From Lepidodermella squamata (taxonomy: Eukaryota > Animalia > Gastrotricha): 64,000 nucleotides of DNA. Positions 50,471-62,703 of the stretch are shown one piece after another. Position 1 is the first letter of the stretch. Each line of letters opens with the position of its first letter. Both the position numbers and the translations under genes were made by a program. The stretch covers positions 3,286,001 to 3,350,000 of the forward strand of contig JBLDXI010000003.1 in NCBI GenBank assembly GCA_047495785.1, read 5' to 3'. The notes under the pieces were generated by a model, which was not told the origin of the DNA, did no database searches, and saw only the letters and a list, made by a program, of their open reading frames with translations.

Positions 50471-50749
50471 TTAATTGTTTGGTTCATCGGACTCAATCAC
50501 CGTTTCGAGTCCTGTTGCCGGGTCTTCAACAGTCCTACAGCATTTCGACGTTGACCTTGCAGGACAGCGGCTGCAACCTCCACCGAAAGTGATGTAGCTA
50601 TCGTCGTTCGGCTTCCGACGACGATGGCGATGCTCCCTTGGTCGTTTTTCATCCAGCCCAATTTCAGTCGTCGTTTCGTCCTCTTCAGCTAAGCAAATGC
50701 TTACCAACAGCATGGTAGTGAGCATGAAAGCTATAAGATATTGGCCCAT
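50471..50749 (-). CDS. Small secreted peptide precursor (92 aa) with basic cleavage sites and a 4-Cys core
   Basis: Signal MGQYLIAFMLTTMLLVSICLA, acidic spacer, KR and RHRRRK, CSRC-x7-CC; TATAAAA ~70 nt upstream. Confidence 0.6.
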   Translation of the reverse strand: MGQYLIAFMLTTMLLVSICLAEEDETTTEIGLDEKRPREHRHRRRKPNDDSYITFGGGCSRCPARSTSKCCRTVEDPATGLETVIESDEPNN

Positions 50750-51081
50750 GTTTTCCTCGCTAAATTGAATATCTGGGTCTGCGAAAAGTAACATTCATCC
50801 AGCATGCTGAAATTGACGTTTTATATCCAATAAGGTCCAACACCTGTGAGCTTTCACATATGCTAAAAGAGTTGGATCGAGGTATGCGAACAAAGTTCAT
50901 CCGTGGGAATATACCATATGTGGGTTTTTTTCGTTGAAATTCTAAAACTAGGCAAAACAGTTGTTCTTCACTTCCACTAAAACTAATGAATGGCGTAGCA
51001 AAAAAAACGCAACATGTCAACACGCGATATGATGCATAGAATGAAAAATTCAAAAAATTAATTGATCTCAGATTAAAGATT

Positions 51082-52449
51082 ATGACAGGGAAATCTAGCG
51101 AAACTAAATGGTTATTTGCCACATTTTTCACCATATTACTAACCGGTTTCACAGCGCTAACGATCTTTGGTTCTCAGAAATCCTGGCAGGCCAATACATG
51201 GCTCCTGAGCAATTCACCGCCGAAAGAATTGAAAGATAAGTTGGAAAACGAGTCGAGACCATTCTGGATCGAAAGCGATAGATTCGTCGTGAATCGGCTG
51301 TGTGATTTTGACCTAGTTACAACGTGCAATTTCACGGAGAAATCGAAACCTCCAGATGCGAAACCGCTGAGGCGTGACGAACTTCACCACCTGCAACGCC
51401 TTCGCAATTCAACTATTTTGATACTGGCTTTCAATCGAGTTCATCACTACGAAGTCGCCCCGCTAGTTAACGCAATTTTCGGCAGAATTTTTGCCGACGT
51501 TTACTTCTGCCTGCCAACGGCAATTAAATCTGAATTTTCGAGGGCTATTCGAGATTTTTATCCAAATTCGACCCGGGAGTTCTCGAGATTTTTCGAAGAT
51601 CGACAGCTGAATCACGTGAATCAAGTCCCAGTTGTACAAGGAGTTGGAGAGACGATTTACAGCTGCTTAAACTCTGCCGTTAAATCGTCGAAATTGCCAA
51701 ATATCAGCGGCGTGTTTTTCGCTCATGACGACGTCCTATTCAGCTATTGGAAGGCGATTTATGACCCAGTTCAACTTGACCTAGATAATAGCTATTCAAC
51801 ATTAGAGATTGACCGAGGTTATTACTACGACGTCGATGTTATCAAGGCTTGTTCTGGCCCTGGCAATTGCACGACACCGTTTTCTTGGAAGCATTTGTTT
51901 CAATACAAGGCCTCAATGAGAAATTTTTATGACGTAAGCAAACTTAATAATAATTAATTATTCTTGAACTATATTTTTTTCCAGGAATTTATTGAACTCT
52001 CAAATAAATCTTCGATTTTTCGTCATGCTCGTAAGAATCTGGAATTGAAGTCAGGCGGAACTCGTCGCATGTCTCATTGCCCGGCGGATTTTTTCTATAT
52101 TTCGCAAACTGATCTACCGACTACGCTAGCCATGTTCGAGATATTGGCTCGGCATAATGTCTTTCAAGAGATTGCCCTTGGCACGACCTTTGCCAGTTTT
52201 GATCCAGGCCGAGCCAGAACGCTGGATAGGCGGCGAATTTTAATGCGAAATTGGAAGAAACGGCATTTAACGCAACGAATTGATTTCAATCAAATAATTG
52301 CGTTGCATCCTTTCAAAATGTCGAAACTGGCCGAATTCGTGAAAAATTCGACTGATTTGTCGAAACGGTTGAAGCAAGAGCGGTCTGAACTATGCGTTTA
52401 TTGTAAATTATACGAATTCACCAAGATGGTTTCTCTAATAAAAGTGTGA
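51082..52449 (+). CDS. STELLO/DUF288-like putative glycosyltransferase, copy 2 (exons 51082-51933, 51985-52449)
   Basis: Inverted paralog of 38978-40348 with the same intron. Confidence 0.65.
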
Positions 52450-53311
52450 AAGTGAAAGATGAGACATTAATGTTCCATTATTTTCATTGCCTGATTTGAG
52501 CGTCTCCACTCAAACCAGATGAAATATTCCTTGAATCAGATTTGGATGTACTTTAGAACGTCGGATACTGTATCTGTTCACAGCTTTAATAACTCGACAA
52601 AAATGTGAAGCGAATATTGGGACATGAGTGCAATCTTAAAGCTAGCTCTATGGCAACAGCCTTCGTATTGCTCTGATTGTTTATTTCATCAACATATTTC
52701 CTTCGCGCCAAGATCACGTCATTTGAATTTGCTAGGTGTCTGACTTATCCTCGCTGTTTAGTCGTTGGAACCGCCAGAAGTGTTCCCAAATGTCGCCCTA
52801 AATTTGGCGGATTTTTGTTGTTTTTTGAATTTTCAAACTTTCAATTTTGAATTTTAATTAGCTCGGCAAAGGTTTTAGGAATCAGCTGCTAGGGTTTTGT
52901 AAAAATTCTCCAGCAAACTCTTACTCATATGGATGATTGCAGCTCGAAATAGCTCGTGGTTGAAGGTTAACATGTCATTTGAAAAAGTCGAAATTATTTA
53001 TAAATGATTAGTTATCAATTTATTAAATTTCATAAAATAAATACATCATTTGCGTTGTATTTTTGGTACAGCTGGCGAGCTGGATGTTTAGCTTTGAAAT
53101 GAGGGCGTAGATTTTGCTGGTCATTTAACCAGCCCAGTAGTTGCTCTTTCACTGTACGAAAACAACAAACATTCAATATATTAACCCAGGATTTTATTTC
53201 ATCGAATCCTACAAGCATAAATAGATCTCGTTATTCTCAAGCAGAGTGAATTTAATTCAAATACAGTTTATTAGTTCGAGCCGAGATGATGACTGGAGAA
53301 TGCCAGGACAC

Positions 53312-56300
53312 TCAGTAGGTGTTGTCGCTATCTCCATTCTTCTTGCCGCCCTTCTTGCCACCCTTCTTGGAGACCTTCTTGCCATGGTAGTCGCTGTTGC
53401 TGCTCTTGGAGCTGGCGCTCTTTTCCTTGTAGCTGTCAGAGGCTGAGGACTTCTTGCCCTTTTTGCCGCCCTTCTTCACGGCCTTCTTGCCCTTGGGAGC
53501 ACTGTCCTTCTTGGCGCTGGCACTCTTCTCTTCTTGGGAGCTGGCGGAGACGGAGCCACGGAAGTCGTGGGTGGCACGCTCAGCCGATGCATTAGCTATC
53601 CTGAACTATCCTGATGTACCTATCCTTGAAAACTTGATCTTTCGATTCTTGCAACTGTCCGTTGAAACTTATGGCGAGTCGTTTGTTGTAACAAAGCTTC
53701 ACAACCTTGTTCATTATCCGCAGCAAATGCGTGAATACGGACCTGCGCGATTCTACTCGTCTCTTGGCTTCGAGCGAGGTCTCTGTAAAATTGAACCAAA
53801 AAATTACCATAATCCTGTTTCTCAAATTTTTAACTGTGCAAAATATCAATCGAAAAGATTCTTGAATTCGACTGATTCGCTGAAATTGATTGATGGAGGA
53901 AAAGAGAAAAATCTAACCGAATATTTGAGCTACCTTGACGTTTCTGCTTTGAGTCTACCTGAAAGAGCTGTCGTGCGTAATTCGATTCGCTATAAAGGAG
54001 CTTTTTTTGTAATCGGCTCGGCTATTACTACTTCGAAGCCGAGTGTCGGCTGGTTTAATAGTCCCAATCGACCTACTTTTCACCAAATTGAGTGCATTTA
54101 CTCTATTGATGATGACGTTTTTTTCGTTGTTGTTGAACTGACCATCGAGCGCTTCTTCCGCCGCTACTTCTCTTATCATGTAACCGGTGACATGAAAAAA
54201 ATTTCTATAGTTTCATGGAAGGAATTACATGTAAAAAGATCATTTCCAATTATTCCTCACTCCAACGATCACATGCACCTCATTGTTGACTGTTTGCCTC
54301 ACAACCCTCAAGCAATGTAAATATAACTGAAAAATCGCGACATTTGAGCTTTGCTAGGCTGCTCTGAAGCCTGATTTTGTTTTATATTCTCGTCGCAATT
54401 GCGATAAATGGACAATAAAATGTGATTACTGGCATTTTGGGCGCGTTTTAATTATTGTAGGCGTGGTTCGGGCGAGGTTGGAATGGTCGCTACAAAATGA
54501 GCAGGGTAGCAACCGACTTTCTACATACTTGCTACAAGGCAACTTGCTCTTTAATGACCTCCAATTTCTTTAGCACGAATAAACTCATTAAATAGCAAGT
54601 ATCGCCAAGAGCATTAAAACTTGCTACCTAGCATGCTACAAAATGAGTTGTTTTTTACACTGTAAAAAACAACTCATTTTAGCTATCAACGGAGTGAAGC
54701 AACACGCGAAAATTAAATAAGAAATTGTCTTACCTTTTGAGGGGAAACGGCTACAACAACCGTTACAGCAGCAGCAGCAGCGACGGAAGCAGCTCGATTT
54801 TTAAGGAACGCCACAACGACTTCGCAAGCCTTTCGCAGGCCGAGCGAATTCGGAAACATTTCCCGAATGTCATCTTCCGTCAATGCAAGCATAACGGCCT
54901 CGTACAACTGTTCCCCTATAATAGAAAATATTCGATAAAAATAATTCAATAAAAATTCAGATCAAAATCAGAAAAATTATCGCAATATTTCAATAAATAT
55001 AAAAATAATTCAATTAAAATTCAGATCAAAATCAGAAAAATTATCGCAATATTTCAATAAAAATAAAAATAATACAATTTGAATTTAGAGCAAAATCAGA
55101 AAAATGGGAAGCCGATTTTCCAAGTATTATAATATAAATTTGATTGAATGAAAAAATTTCGAAAAATCATAATTTTCACTACAATAATAAAATAAGGGAG
55201 CGAACCTGCAAATTTAGCCGACAGGCCATCGACGTGATCTTGGTTTGTAATGCCGGCTTCAGTAACGAGCTTGATTGCCTCCGTCAAATAATCCATCTTA
55301 ACAAGAATTCTAAGGAAAAAATGTTTGAAAAATTGTGTAAAAAAAGTTGAGCGAGAACAGGGGCGAAGAAGTGGATTGGGCCAGGTAATTTTTTCGCGAG
55401 TTATGGTACCGAGGAGTACGAGCCGTGGGAAAATTCGAAAAAATGGCTAATTTGGCTAGAATAGCCGGGGTTGACTAGGCCTGGATTGGGCCTACAAAAT
55501 TAGGCGGAAAGGTATAAAACTGGAATAGAATGAAAACAGCACTGACTTGAACGAAAAATTTAGAGGCGGTTTTATACCGGTTGGGTAGCGGTTGTAAAAC
55601 ATGGAGGCGACGAGCGGGAGATGTTATAGGCGCTAAAAACTTTGCGTGACGTGCAACGCAGTCAACCACGCAAAGGGAGGCGATGGTGCGTGCCTAGATC
55701 CAGGGTGAGACCCGAGGCGGTGACAACGTCGCGCTGCAGCTGTCAGGTGTTGACGCGGCAAGTTTTGAACGACGGCGTCAACTACGGTTTCAAAGGCTGT
55801 GATCACGCAAGGGCGAATAATAAACAACAACTAGTGTAGCGACAAGCCACAATGCCGCAAAAAATGGGCCGAGTATGCGCAATGAGCCCATAAATCAGCC
55901 TAGCTCAGAAATAACCTGATGATGAACAAAATTAACGCGAAAAAAGTCTTGCGTTTAAGACGAAAGGCGCAAACAACAAAAAAGCCCGCTTTATGCGGGT
56001 CCCCAAAATTAACTGAATTGAAAAGTAAGGATGAATCAAAAATTTCAGCCGATTATTCAAATTCTAACCTAGAACACCCGTTACTTGGAGCCTTATGGTA
56101 AACAAATCAAGCAGAAAAGTTGAAATTAACCAAATTCGCTGCGAGAGATACCAAGCCGTTTTTCCGTGTTCGCCGTGAAATGCCGTTAAATGCCGTTTTA
56201 AACGGCCGTAAAACTCATGAAAAGCGCAATTCAGGCAATATACATTATCAGCGCAATGAAAATCTCACGATTTTCGCCGGCGTTGCAGTCTGTAACTTTT

Positions 56301-57404
56301 TTATTGCCGCATAAGTGAAAAATCTAGTAACGCGTTTCTCGTAGTAAAAAAATCTATGAACGCAGCCATCATTAAACGATCTCACAAAAAACGGGTGTTT
56401 CGATGCCAGCCGCGCCGGTCGCCGGCATGACGATACCTGCCCGGTAAAATATAACTCAGCCACGCTAATCAGCCAACGACTGTAATAAAATAACCCTAAT
56501 ATCGTGAAAACCTGACGCTGCTTTTCAAAGATGGTAATTTATCTATGAAAAAGCGACGGCAATGGCTGAAGGCTGAATGGTGATAATTAACCTAGAAACG
56601 AAGCGCGGGTGAAGCGCCAGGCGGTTATTGACTGAACTGAGGCGCCTTCGGTTTGAACGTCAACTTGTGAAACGACAGAAAATTCATGTGCAAACGACGA
56701 GCAAAAAGCGACAAGTGCGCGCAGCGCTCAAATTGTCGCCCGCGCGCACACACTCACGAGTGACCTATTACGCATTATTAAGTTAACAATAAAAATTACT
56801 TCATCATGAGCGACGTGAGTTATCTAATGAGGTACACGCTCAATGGTACGCGCAATTTATTAGCACCTTTGCGCGCTATTCAGGTATCGCGTGAATTGAA
56901 AAGTGAGGTGACGAAGCAAGCAGGTTTTTACAGTGAGAGTCGGCGTAGGCGTTGTCGTGTTCGGCGGAGGCAGACTTGGCACTGTCACGGTGTTTGCGGC
57001 CGTGGCGCTTGCTGCCGGCCTTGGACTTCTTCTGGTCGTAGGCGGAATCGCGCTTACCGGCAGATTCGTAGCTGGCCGATGCGCGTTCGCGGCTGGCCGA
57101 TCGGTTCTTGATCAGTTTGCGCTTGTCGCTGGTCTTCTTGTTGTGCGAAGCGTCGGCCGAGGCGTAGTCGACGGCAGCGGATTCAGATTCAGCAGAGGCG
57201 GATTTGCGGTCGTAGGTGTCGCGTTCAGAGACCGAGGCAGAGAAAGAGGCTTGGCGACCTCCCTTGCCTTTGCGGCCGTAGCCGCCAGCTGAGCTGAGAG
57301 CTTAGAGAACAAAAAAGCACTAACATAGCCAAGAACTACGATAAATTCTGAAACTTACCGATGCAGCCGAAAGCAATGATTGCCAAAACTAACACAGTTC
57401 GCAT
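53312..57404 (-). pseudogene. Family C copy C3, split by a transposon and missing ~500 bp of central coding sequence (pieces 57404-57359, 57300-56936, ~53596-53312)
   Basis: The 5' part ends at ..HDNAYADS. The 3' part resumes at NASAERATHDF and ends GDSDNTY*. The intervening segment present in C4 is absent. Confidence 0.85.
53597..56935. mobile_element. Rearranged CMC (CACTA/EnSpm-like) DNA transposon remnant
   Basis: CACTGTAAAAA termini at 56935 (minus) and 54658. Transposase C-terminal fragment 53597-54320 (TKLHNLVHYPQQMREYGPARFYSSLGFER). Opposite-strand exons ~55296-54730 include a SAM-like LALTEDDIREMFPNSLGLRK. Confidence 0.72.
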
Positions 57405-57550
57405 TTTGAATAAGTGTAAGTATCTAATAAGGCAGATAGGAAAGCTTTCATCATCGATTTTGCTTATTCGTCGCGACCCTCTGGAAAAATAATTATAATG
57501 TTTGGACGTAAAATCCACACACATCTCATCAAGTTCTTTCACGTTCAAGC

Positions 57551-58178
57551 TTAATGCCAGTACCAGCCATTGCGACGGCCGTAGAAGTCGCCGGACGAGT
57601 ACGAGCCACTGTAGAAACCGCGGCGACCATGACGACCATAACCATAGCGACCGCGGCCGTAGAATCCACGACGACCGAAGCGACCACCGCGACGGCGGGA
57701 GGACGAGCCGGAAGAGGAGGAGCTGGAGGACGACGAACTAGAGCCACGGCGGCCGATGAAGTGGCCACGGCGACCACGGTTGTCACCAGCGCTCGCTGAT
57801 GCGGAGTTCTTGTTGACGGAGGCCGAGGCGTAGTTGCCACCGCGACGACGACCGAAGAAGCCGCGACGGCCACGGTTGTTGCCGGCAGCGGCCGAGGCGG
57901 AGCGGCGGTTGACCGAGGCCGAGGCGAAGTTGCCGCGACGACCCTTGCGGCCGAAGAAGTGGCCACCACGACGGTTGTCACCAGCCGAGGCGGAGGCCGA
58001 TTTCTTGTTCACCGAGGCGGAAGCCTTGTTGCCACCTTCACGTCCACGCTTGGCAAGATTCGCCGTGGTGGCGACTGGAAGAAATCAGAAGCAAAATTCA
58101 AAAGCTGTTGGAGCCAGCTGTGCAAAAATTACCGATGCAGAAGAGAGCAACTACGGCAGCGACAAGAATGACACGCAT
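57551..58178 (-). CDS. Family B copy B3 (exons 58178-58133, 58074-57551)
   Basis: Signal exon, 58-nt intron, repeats, GWYWH end; TATAAAAA at 58259-58252. Confidence 0.88.
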
Positions 58179-59139
58179 TTTGGAATAGTTTTTGAATATA
58201 CTCAAGAGATGGAGAAAACAGTTCACTGATGTAAAAGGCCAATTTTTCAGGTTTTTATAACCGATCAAGACATGCCCCAGTTCTGCAACAAGCGAGGAAG
58301 ATTCGCGCTCACGCATGTCCGAACGACGATCGCGAGCGTGTTTACGCTACAAGTCATCACATCGCTTCCTCGCCATTGTAGCAATGACCCAGTTGTTTCA
58401 GACCACAATATGCAACTTCCAGCTCGTGCCGCCGGTTGCCACGCCCAATCACGACCATCTACAGCGGTGCGAAAAAAATTAGTTCAGGTCGTTTTATTCA
58501 TTCTGAGCAATTTTGAACTATTTTACGCTGCTTTTAAGTTGCTTTTATCTGTAATGTGGCAAATGATTTCATTCATATATATTCCTGTGCCGCTTTGCGT
58601 TTATTAATCTTTCAAATTATAGGGGCAATGTGTTTTCAGGGGGTTTGATGGTCATTGCGCCTTTATAGCTAGCTCTAAGAATAAAGAAGTTGAAAGATTA
58701 ATACCTAGTTGAATTTTGATATTCGACTGGCGCCTAGACGTATATCGTTAACATCCAGGCGTATTCGGTGATATTGATATTCGGTGAACTTCAGTCGTGA
58801 GCGGACATATTCACTGGCGCCTAGGCGTGTTCAAGTTGGACCTTGGACCTTGGAACTACTAAATTAATTAATAGGTATTTAACTTAAGTTTAAAAAAGCT
58901 GTATTTAAAGGCCTAACCAAAGGCTTCTAATCCGGTACAGCTGAAAAGCTAGTCTTTTATAGCAAGGGATAACCAAATTACTTGCATCTTTGAACTAAAA
59001 ACCGTTAATAAACACAAATAGAGATTATTATAACTCAGCATTTTTATTTCGTCGAATATCGATTCCTAAAAACATCAACAGATCCTGTTATTCTCGTCAG
59101 AGTAAATATCATTTAATCAGTTGTTAATTATCTCGGTTA

Positions 59140-60552
59140 TTAGTAGGTGTAGGTGCTATCTCCATGGGCTGCTTCTTTACCATAGCCGTGGTTGTAGCCG
59201 CCCTTCTTGCCACCCTTCTTCTCGGTCTTCTTGCCATGGTAGCCGTTGCTGCTGGCGCTCTTCTTTCCATAGCCGTAAGAGCCTGAGGACTTCTTGCCCT
59301 TCTTGCCGCCCTTCTTGGCAGCCTTCTTGCCATGGTAGCCGTTGCTGCTGTCCTTCTTGGCGCTGCTGGCGCTCTTTTCCTTGTAGCTGTAAGCAACTGA
59401 GGTCTTCTTGGCCTTCTTGCCGCCCTTCTTTCCTTCCTTCTTGGCAGCCTTCTTCGGGGCGCTGTCCTTCTTGGCACTGGCGCTCTTTTCCTGGTAGCTG
59501 CCAGAGAAACCTGCATGGAAGTCGTGGGTGGCACGCTCAGCCGAGGCATTGGCGCGTTTGCGGCCGTACTTGGCTCCAGCTTTGCGGGCGTGGGCAGAGT
59601 CGGAGACGGCGGTCTTCTTGCTGCCGGCCTTGTAGTCGCTGGCTTTGTGGGCAGCACGGGTGGCGGAGGCCGAGGCGCGGCGGTGGTGGGCCTTGTTGCG
59701 CTTAGCATTCTTCGAGGCAGCGGCAGCAGCGGCAGTCGAGTCGCGGGAGGCGTAGTCAGCAGAGTGGGCCTTGCGGGACTTCTTGCCATGGGCCTTCTTG
59801 GTGGTCTTTTTGCGGCTGGCAGTGGTGGCGGCGCCGTCAGAGTCGTAGGCACCGAAGTTCTTGGCACCGGATTCGTAGCTGAACTTGTTGATCTTGTTGG
59901 TGCCCTTGTCGGCGAAGTTCTTCTTCTTGAACTCGATCTCTTCTCCTTGCTTGTCATGAGCCTGGTCCTTGGTGAAGCCGCTCTTGCGCTTGTGGTCGGC
60001 GCGGCCGTGCTTCTTGTTGCGGCTGTGGTGCTGGGCAGCGGCGGCGGCACCAGAGTCGGCGTATGCCTGATCATGATTGGCGAAGGCAGCCTTGCCGCTT
60101 TCGCGGTGCTTGCGACCGTGGCGCTTGCTGCCGGCCTTGGACTTCTTCTGGTCGTAGACGGAGTCGCGCTTTCCGGCAGATTCGTAGCTGGCCGAGGCGC
60201 GTTCGCGGTTGGCAGAGCGGTTCTTGATCAGCTTGTGCTTGTCGCTGGTCTTCTTGTTGTGGGAAGCATCGGCCGAGGCGTAGTCGACGGCAGCGGATTC
60301 AGCTTCAGCAGAGGCGGACTTACGGTCGTAGGTGTCGCGTTGGTCGATCGAAGCGGAGTAGGAAGCACGACGACCACCCTTGCCATGACCCTTGCCGTAG
60401 CCACCCTTGTGTCCCTCCTCTTTACCATAGTCGAACGTTGCTGAGCTCAAGGCTAAAAAAAACAAAAGTGATATTTTTGCTGATATAAAGTGGATGAATC
60501 CTATACCGATGCAGCCTAAAGCAATGATAGAAAGAACCAAGAAACTTCGCAT
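59140..60552 (-). CDS. Family C copy C4, intact (~452 aa; exons 60552-60507, 60452-59140)
   Basis: Signal exon, 54-nt in-frame intron, closely similar to the reconstructed C2. Confidence 0.88.
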   Translation of the reverse strand: MRSFLVLSIIALGCIGIGFIHFISAKISLLFFLALSSATFDYGKEEGHKGGYGKGHGKGGRRASYSASIDQRDTYDRKSASAEAESAAVDYASADASHNKKTSDKHKLIKNRSANRERASASYESAGKRDSVYDQKKSKAGSKRHGRKHRESGKAAFANHDQAYADSGAAAAAQHHSRNKKHGRADHKRKSGFTKDQAHDKQGEEIEFKKKNFADKGTNKINKFSYESGAKNFGAYDSDGAATTASRKKTTKKAHGKKSRKAHSADYASRDSTAAAAAASKNAKRNKAHHRRASASATRAAHKASDYKAGSKKTAVSDSAHARKAGAKYGRKRANASAERATHDFHAGFSGSYQEKSASAKKDSAPKKAAKKEGKKGGKKAKKTSVAYSYKEKSASSAKKDSSNGYHGKKAAKKGGKKGKKSSGSYGYGKKSASSNGYHGKKTEKKGGKKGGYNHGYGKEAAHGDSTYTY

Positions 60553-60702
60553 TTTAGATAAATCAAAAGAAAATATTCTAAAATGAAGAACAAAGAAGGC
60601 TTGTTAGACACAAAAATTTGCATTTTCCATCAAATATAGCTGAATAAATATAATCATCTCCGTTACACAATGAACATGTGCGATAGGTTCTTGGGGATGA
60701 GC

Positions 60703-61390
60703 TTAATGCCAGTACCAGCCATTACGACGGCCGTAGAAGTCGCCAGCCGAGGACGAGCTGCTGCCGAAGGCACCACGGCGGCCATGGCGACCGAAACCTT
60801 TGCCAAAGCGACCACGGCCGTGGAATCCACGACGACCGTGACGGCCGTATCCGAAACCGCGACGACCGAAGCGACCACCACGGCGACCATGGAAACCGGG
60901 GCGGCCAGAGAAGGAGCTGGACGAGCGGGAGCCACGGCGACCGATAAAGTGGCCACGGCGACCACGGTTGTCACCAGCATTCGCCGAGGCGGAGTTCTTG
61001 GTGACGGAGGCCGAGGCGTAGTTGCCACCGCGACGGCGACCGAAGAAGCCGCGACGGCCACGGTTGTTGCCGGCAGCAGCCGAGGCGGAGCGGCGGTTGA
61101 CCGAGGCAGAGGCGAAGTTGCCGCGACGACCCTTGCGGCCGATGAAGCCACGACGACGGTTGTCACCAGCCGAGGCGGAGGCCGATTGCTTGTTCACCGA
61201 GGCGGAGGCCGATTGCTTGTTCACCGAGGCGGAAGCTTTGTTGCCAACTTCGCGTCCACGCTTGGCAAGGTTCGCCGAGGTGGCGACTGGAAGAAAGTAA
61301 AAGCAAAATTAAAAAATGAAATTAGTCAGCTGTTCGAAAATTACCGATGCAGAAGAGAGCAACTACAGCTGCGACGAGAATGACACGCAT
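60703..61390 (-). CDS. Family B copy B4 (exons 61390-61345, 61286-60703)
   Basis: Same structure as B3; TATAAAAA at 61471-61464. Confidence 0.88.
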
Positions 61391-61713
61391 TTTGGAATAG
61401 TTTATGAATATACTCAAGAGATCGAGGAAATAGTTCACTGATTTAAAAGCTCAGTTTTTCAGGTTTTTATAACCGATCAAGACATGCCTATTGTCTTTAG
61501 CACGCGTGAAAGATTCGGGCTCACGCAAACCCGAACCATGATCGCGAGCGTGTTTACGCTACAAGTCATTAAATCAGCTCTTCACCATTATAGCAACGAC
61601 CCAGTTGTTGCAGACCACAATAGACAACTTTCCAGCTCGTGCTAGTTGCTACGCCCAATCACGACCTTCCACGCCGGTGTAGAAAAAAATCACTTCAGGT
61701 CATCTATTCCTGC

Positions 61714-61760
61714 CATAGACATAATTCACCATAGACATAATTCACTTAATTATGTCTATG
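61714..61760. mobile_element. P-element excision footprint or minimal element (47 bp) between 8-bp TSDs ATTCCTGC
   Basis: catagacataattcac x2 plus ttaattatgtctatg; TSD at 61706-61713 and 61761-61768; absent from the paralogous B3 upstream region (~58490-58510). Confidence 0.82.
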
Positions 61761-61966
61761 ATTCCTGCTGAGAAAATTTGAACTTCTTCACACTTGAAGT
61801 TACATTTATTTTTCTAATTTGGCAAATAAATCACATACCAATATTTAAATATCGAAGTCGTGACTTTGTTCCGCAGTGTCGCCAGCTCTACTCAAGTTCG
61901 AATTCGGTCGAATTGGCAAAAGGCATAAATCATACCCTATGTCCTATGTGATATGACTCATTTACC

Positions 61967-62038
61967 GGCCCAGTGGCCTAATGGTAAGGCGTCGGCCTCC
62001 GGAGCCGGAGATTGTGGGTTCGAGTCCCATCTGGGTCG
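61967..62038 (+). tRNA. tRNA-Arg(CCG)
   Basis: GGCCCAG/CTGGGTC acceptor stem, A box TGGCCTAATGG, anticodon loop CTCCGGA, T-loop GTTCGAGTCC, downstream T6 terminator. Confidence 0.95.
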
Positions 62039-62703
62039 CCTGATTTTTCTACAATTTAAAATTTAAAAATTCATTCTATGGTTTTTGAGCTTGAGAATAA
62101 AATAGGAAATCTACAAGAATAATACATAATGCTTTTTTCGGCTCTCGGTTTTTTCGGGTTTTCTCTTCTTGATTTTAACCGACCCTCTAATGGCCGAAGA
62201 CTAGAAAAGCTGAATCTATCAATGCTTTGCATCTAGCGCAATTACTGTGACCCCAAGTGGAAAATAAACGCCACCGCTGCTTTGCTCTTAGCAGTGAGTT
62301 TTCATGTTTTGCTGGGATTTCCGGGTCCAAGTCCTTAGTTTCGACATTATTTTACCGTCAGTTCCGGTCGGCTTGTTACTTGTTACACGTCGGTCCTTGT
62401 TACATTTTTTGTCCTCTATGAGCTAATTTTACTTTATATAATAATCGGAGGTAAGGTTTCACGCCTGCAATTATTGGTTATTGTGATAAGGCACAATCAA
62501 GATAGTCATGGAAAAGAGCCGAAAACGTAATTCAGGCTTGTTTCCCGCCTCCTATTGCAGTCAACAGATGTTATATTGAGACTCGTGCCTCGCTTATGGC
62601 CACAAATTCCCGCTCAGAAGCTTCACTCACGCTATAAAACTCAAACTTTAAAAACAGTCAATTAAATTTCTGTATTTCGACTCGATTTAGTTTCTAATTA
62701 ATT

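Noticed and set aside
53454-54320. 288-aa ORF as a membrane-anchored protein
   Set aside because: It is a chimera of the antisense C3 tail (first ~47 aa) and a transposase fragment.
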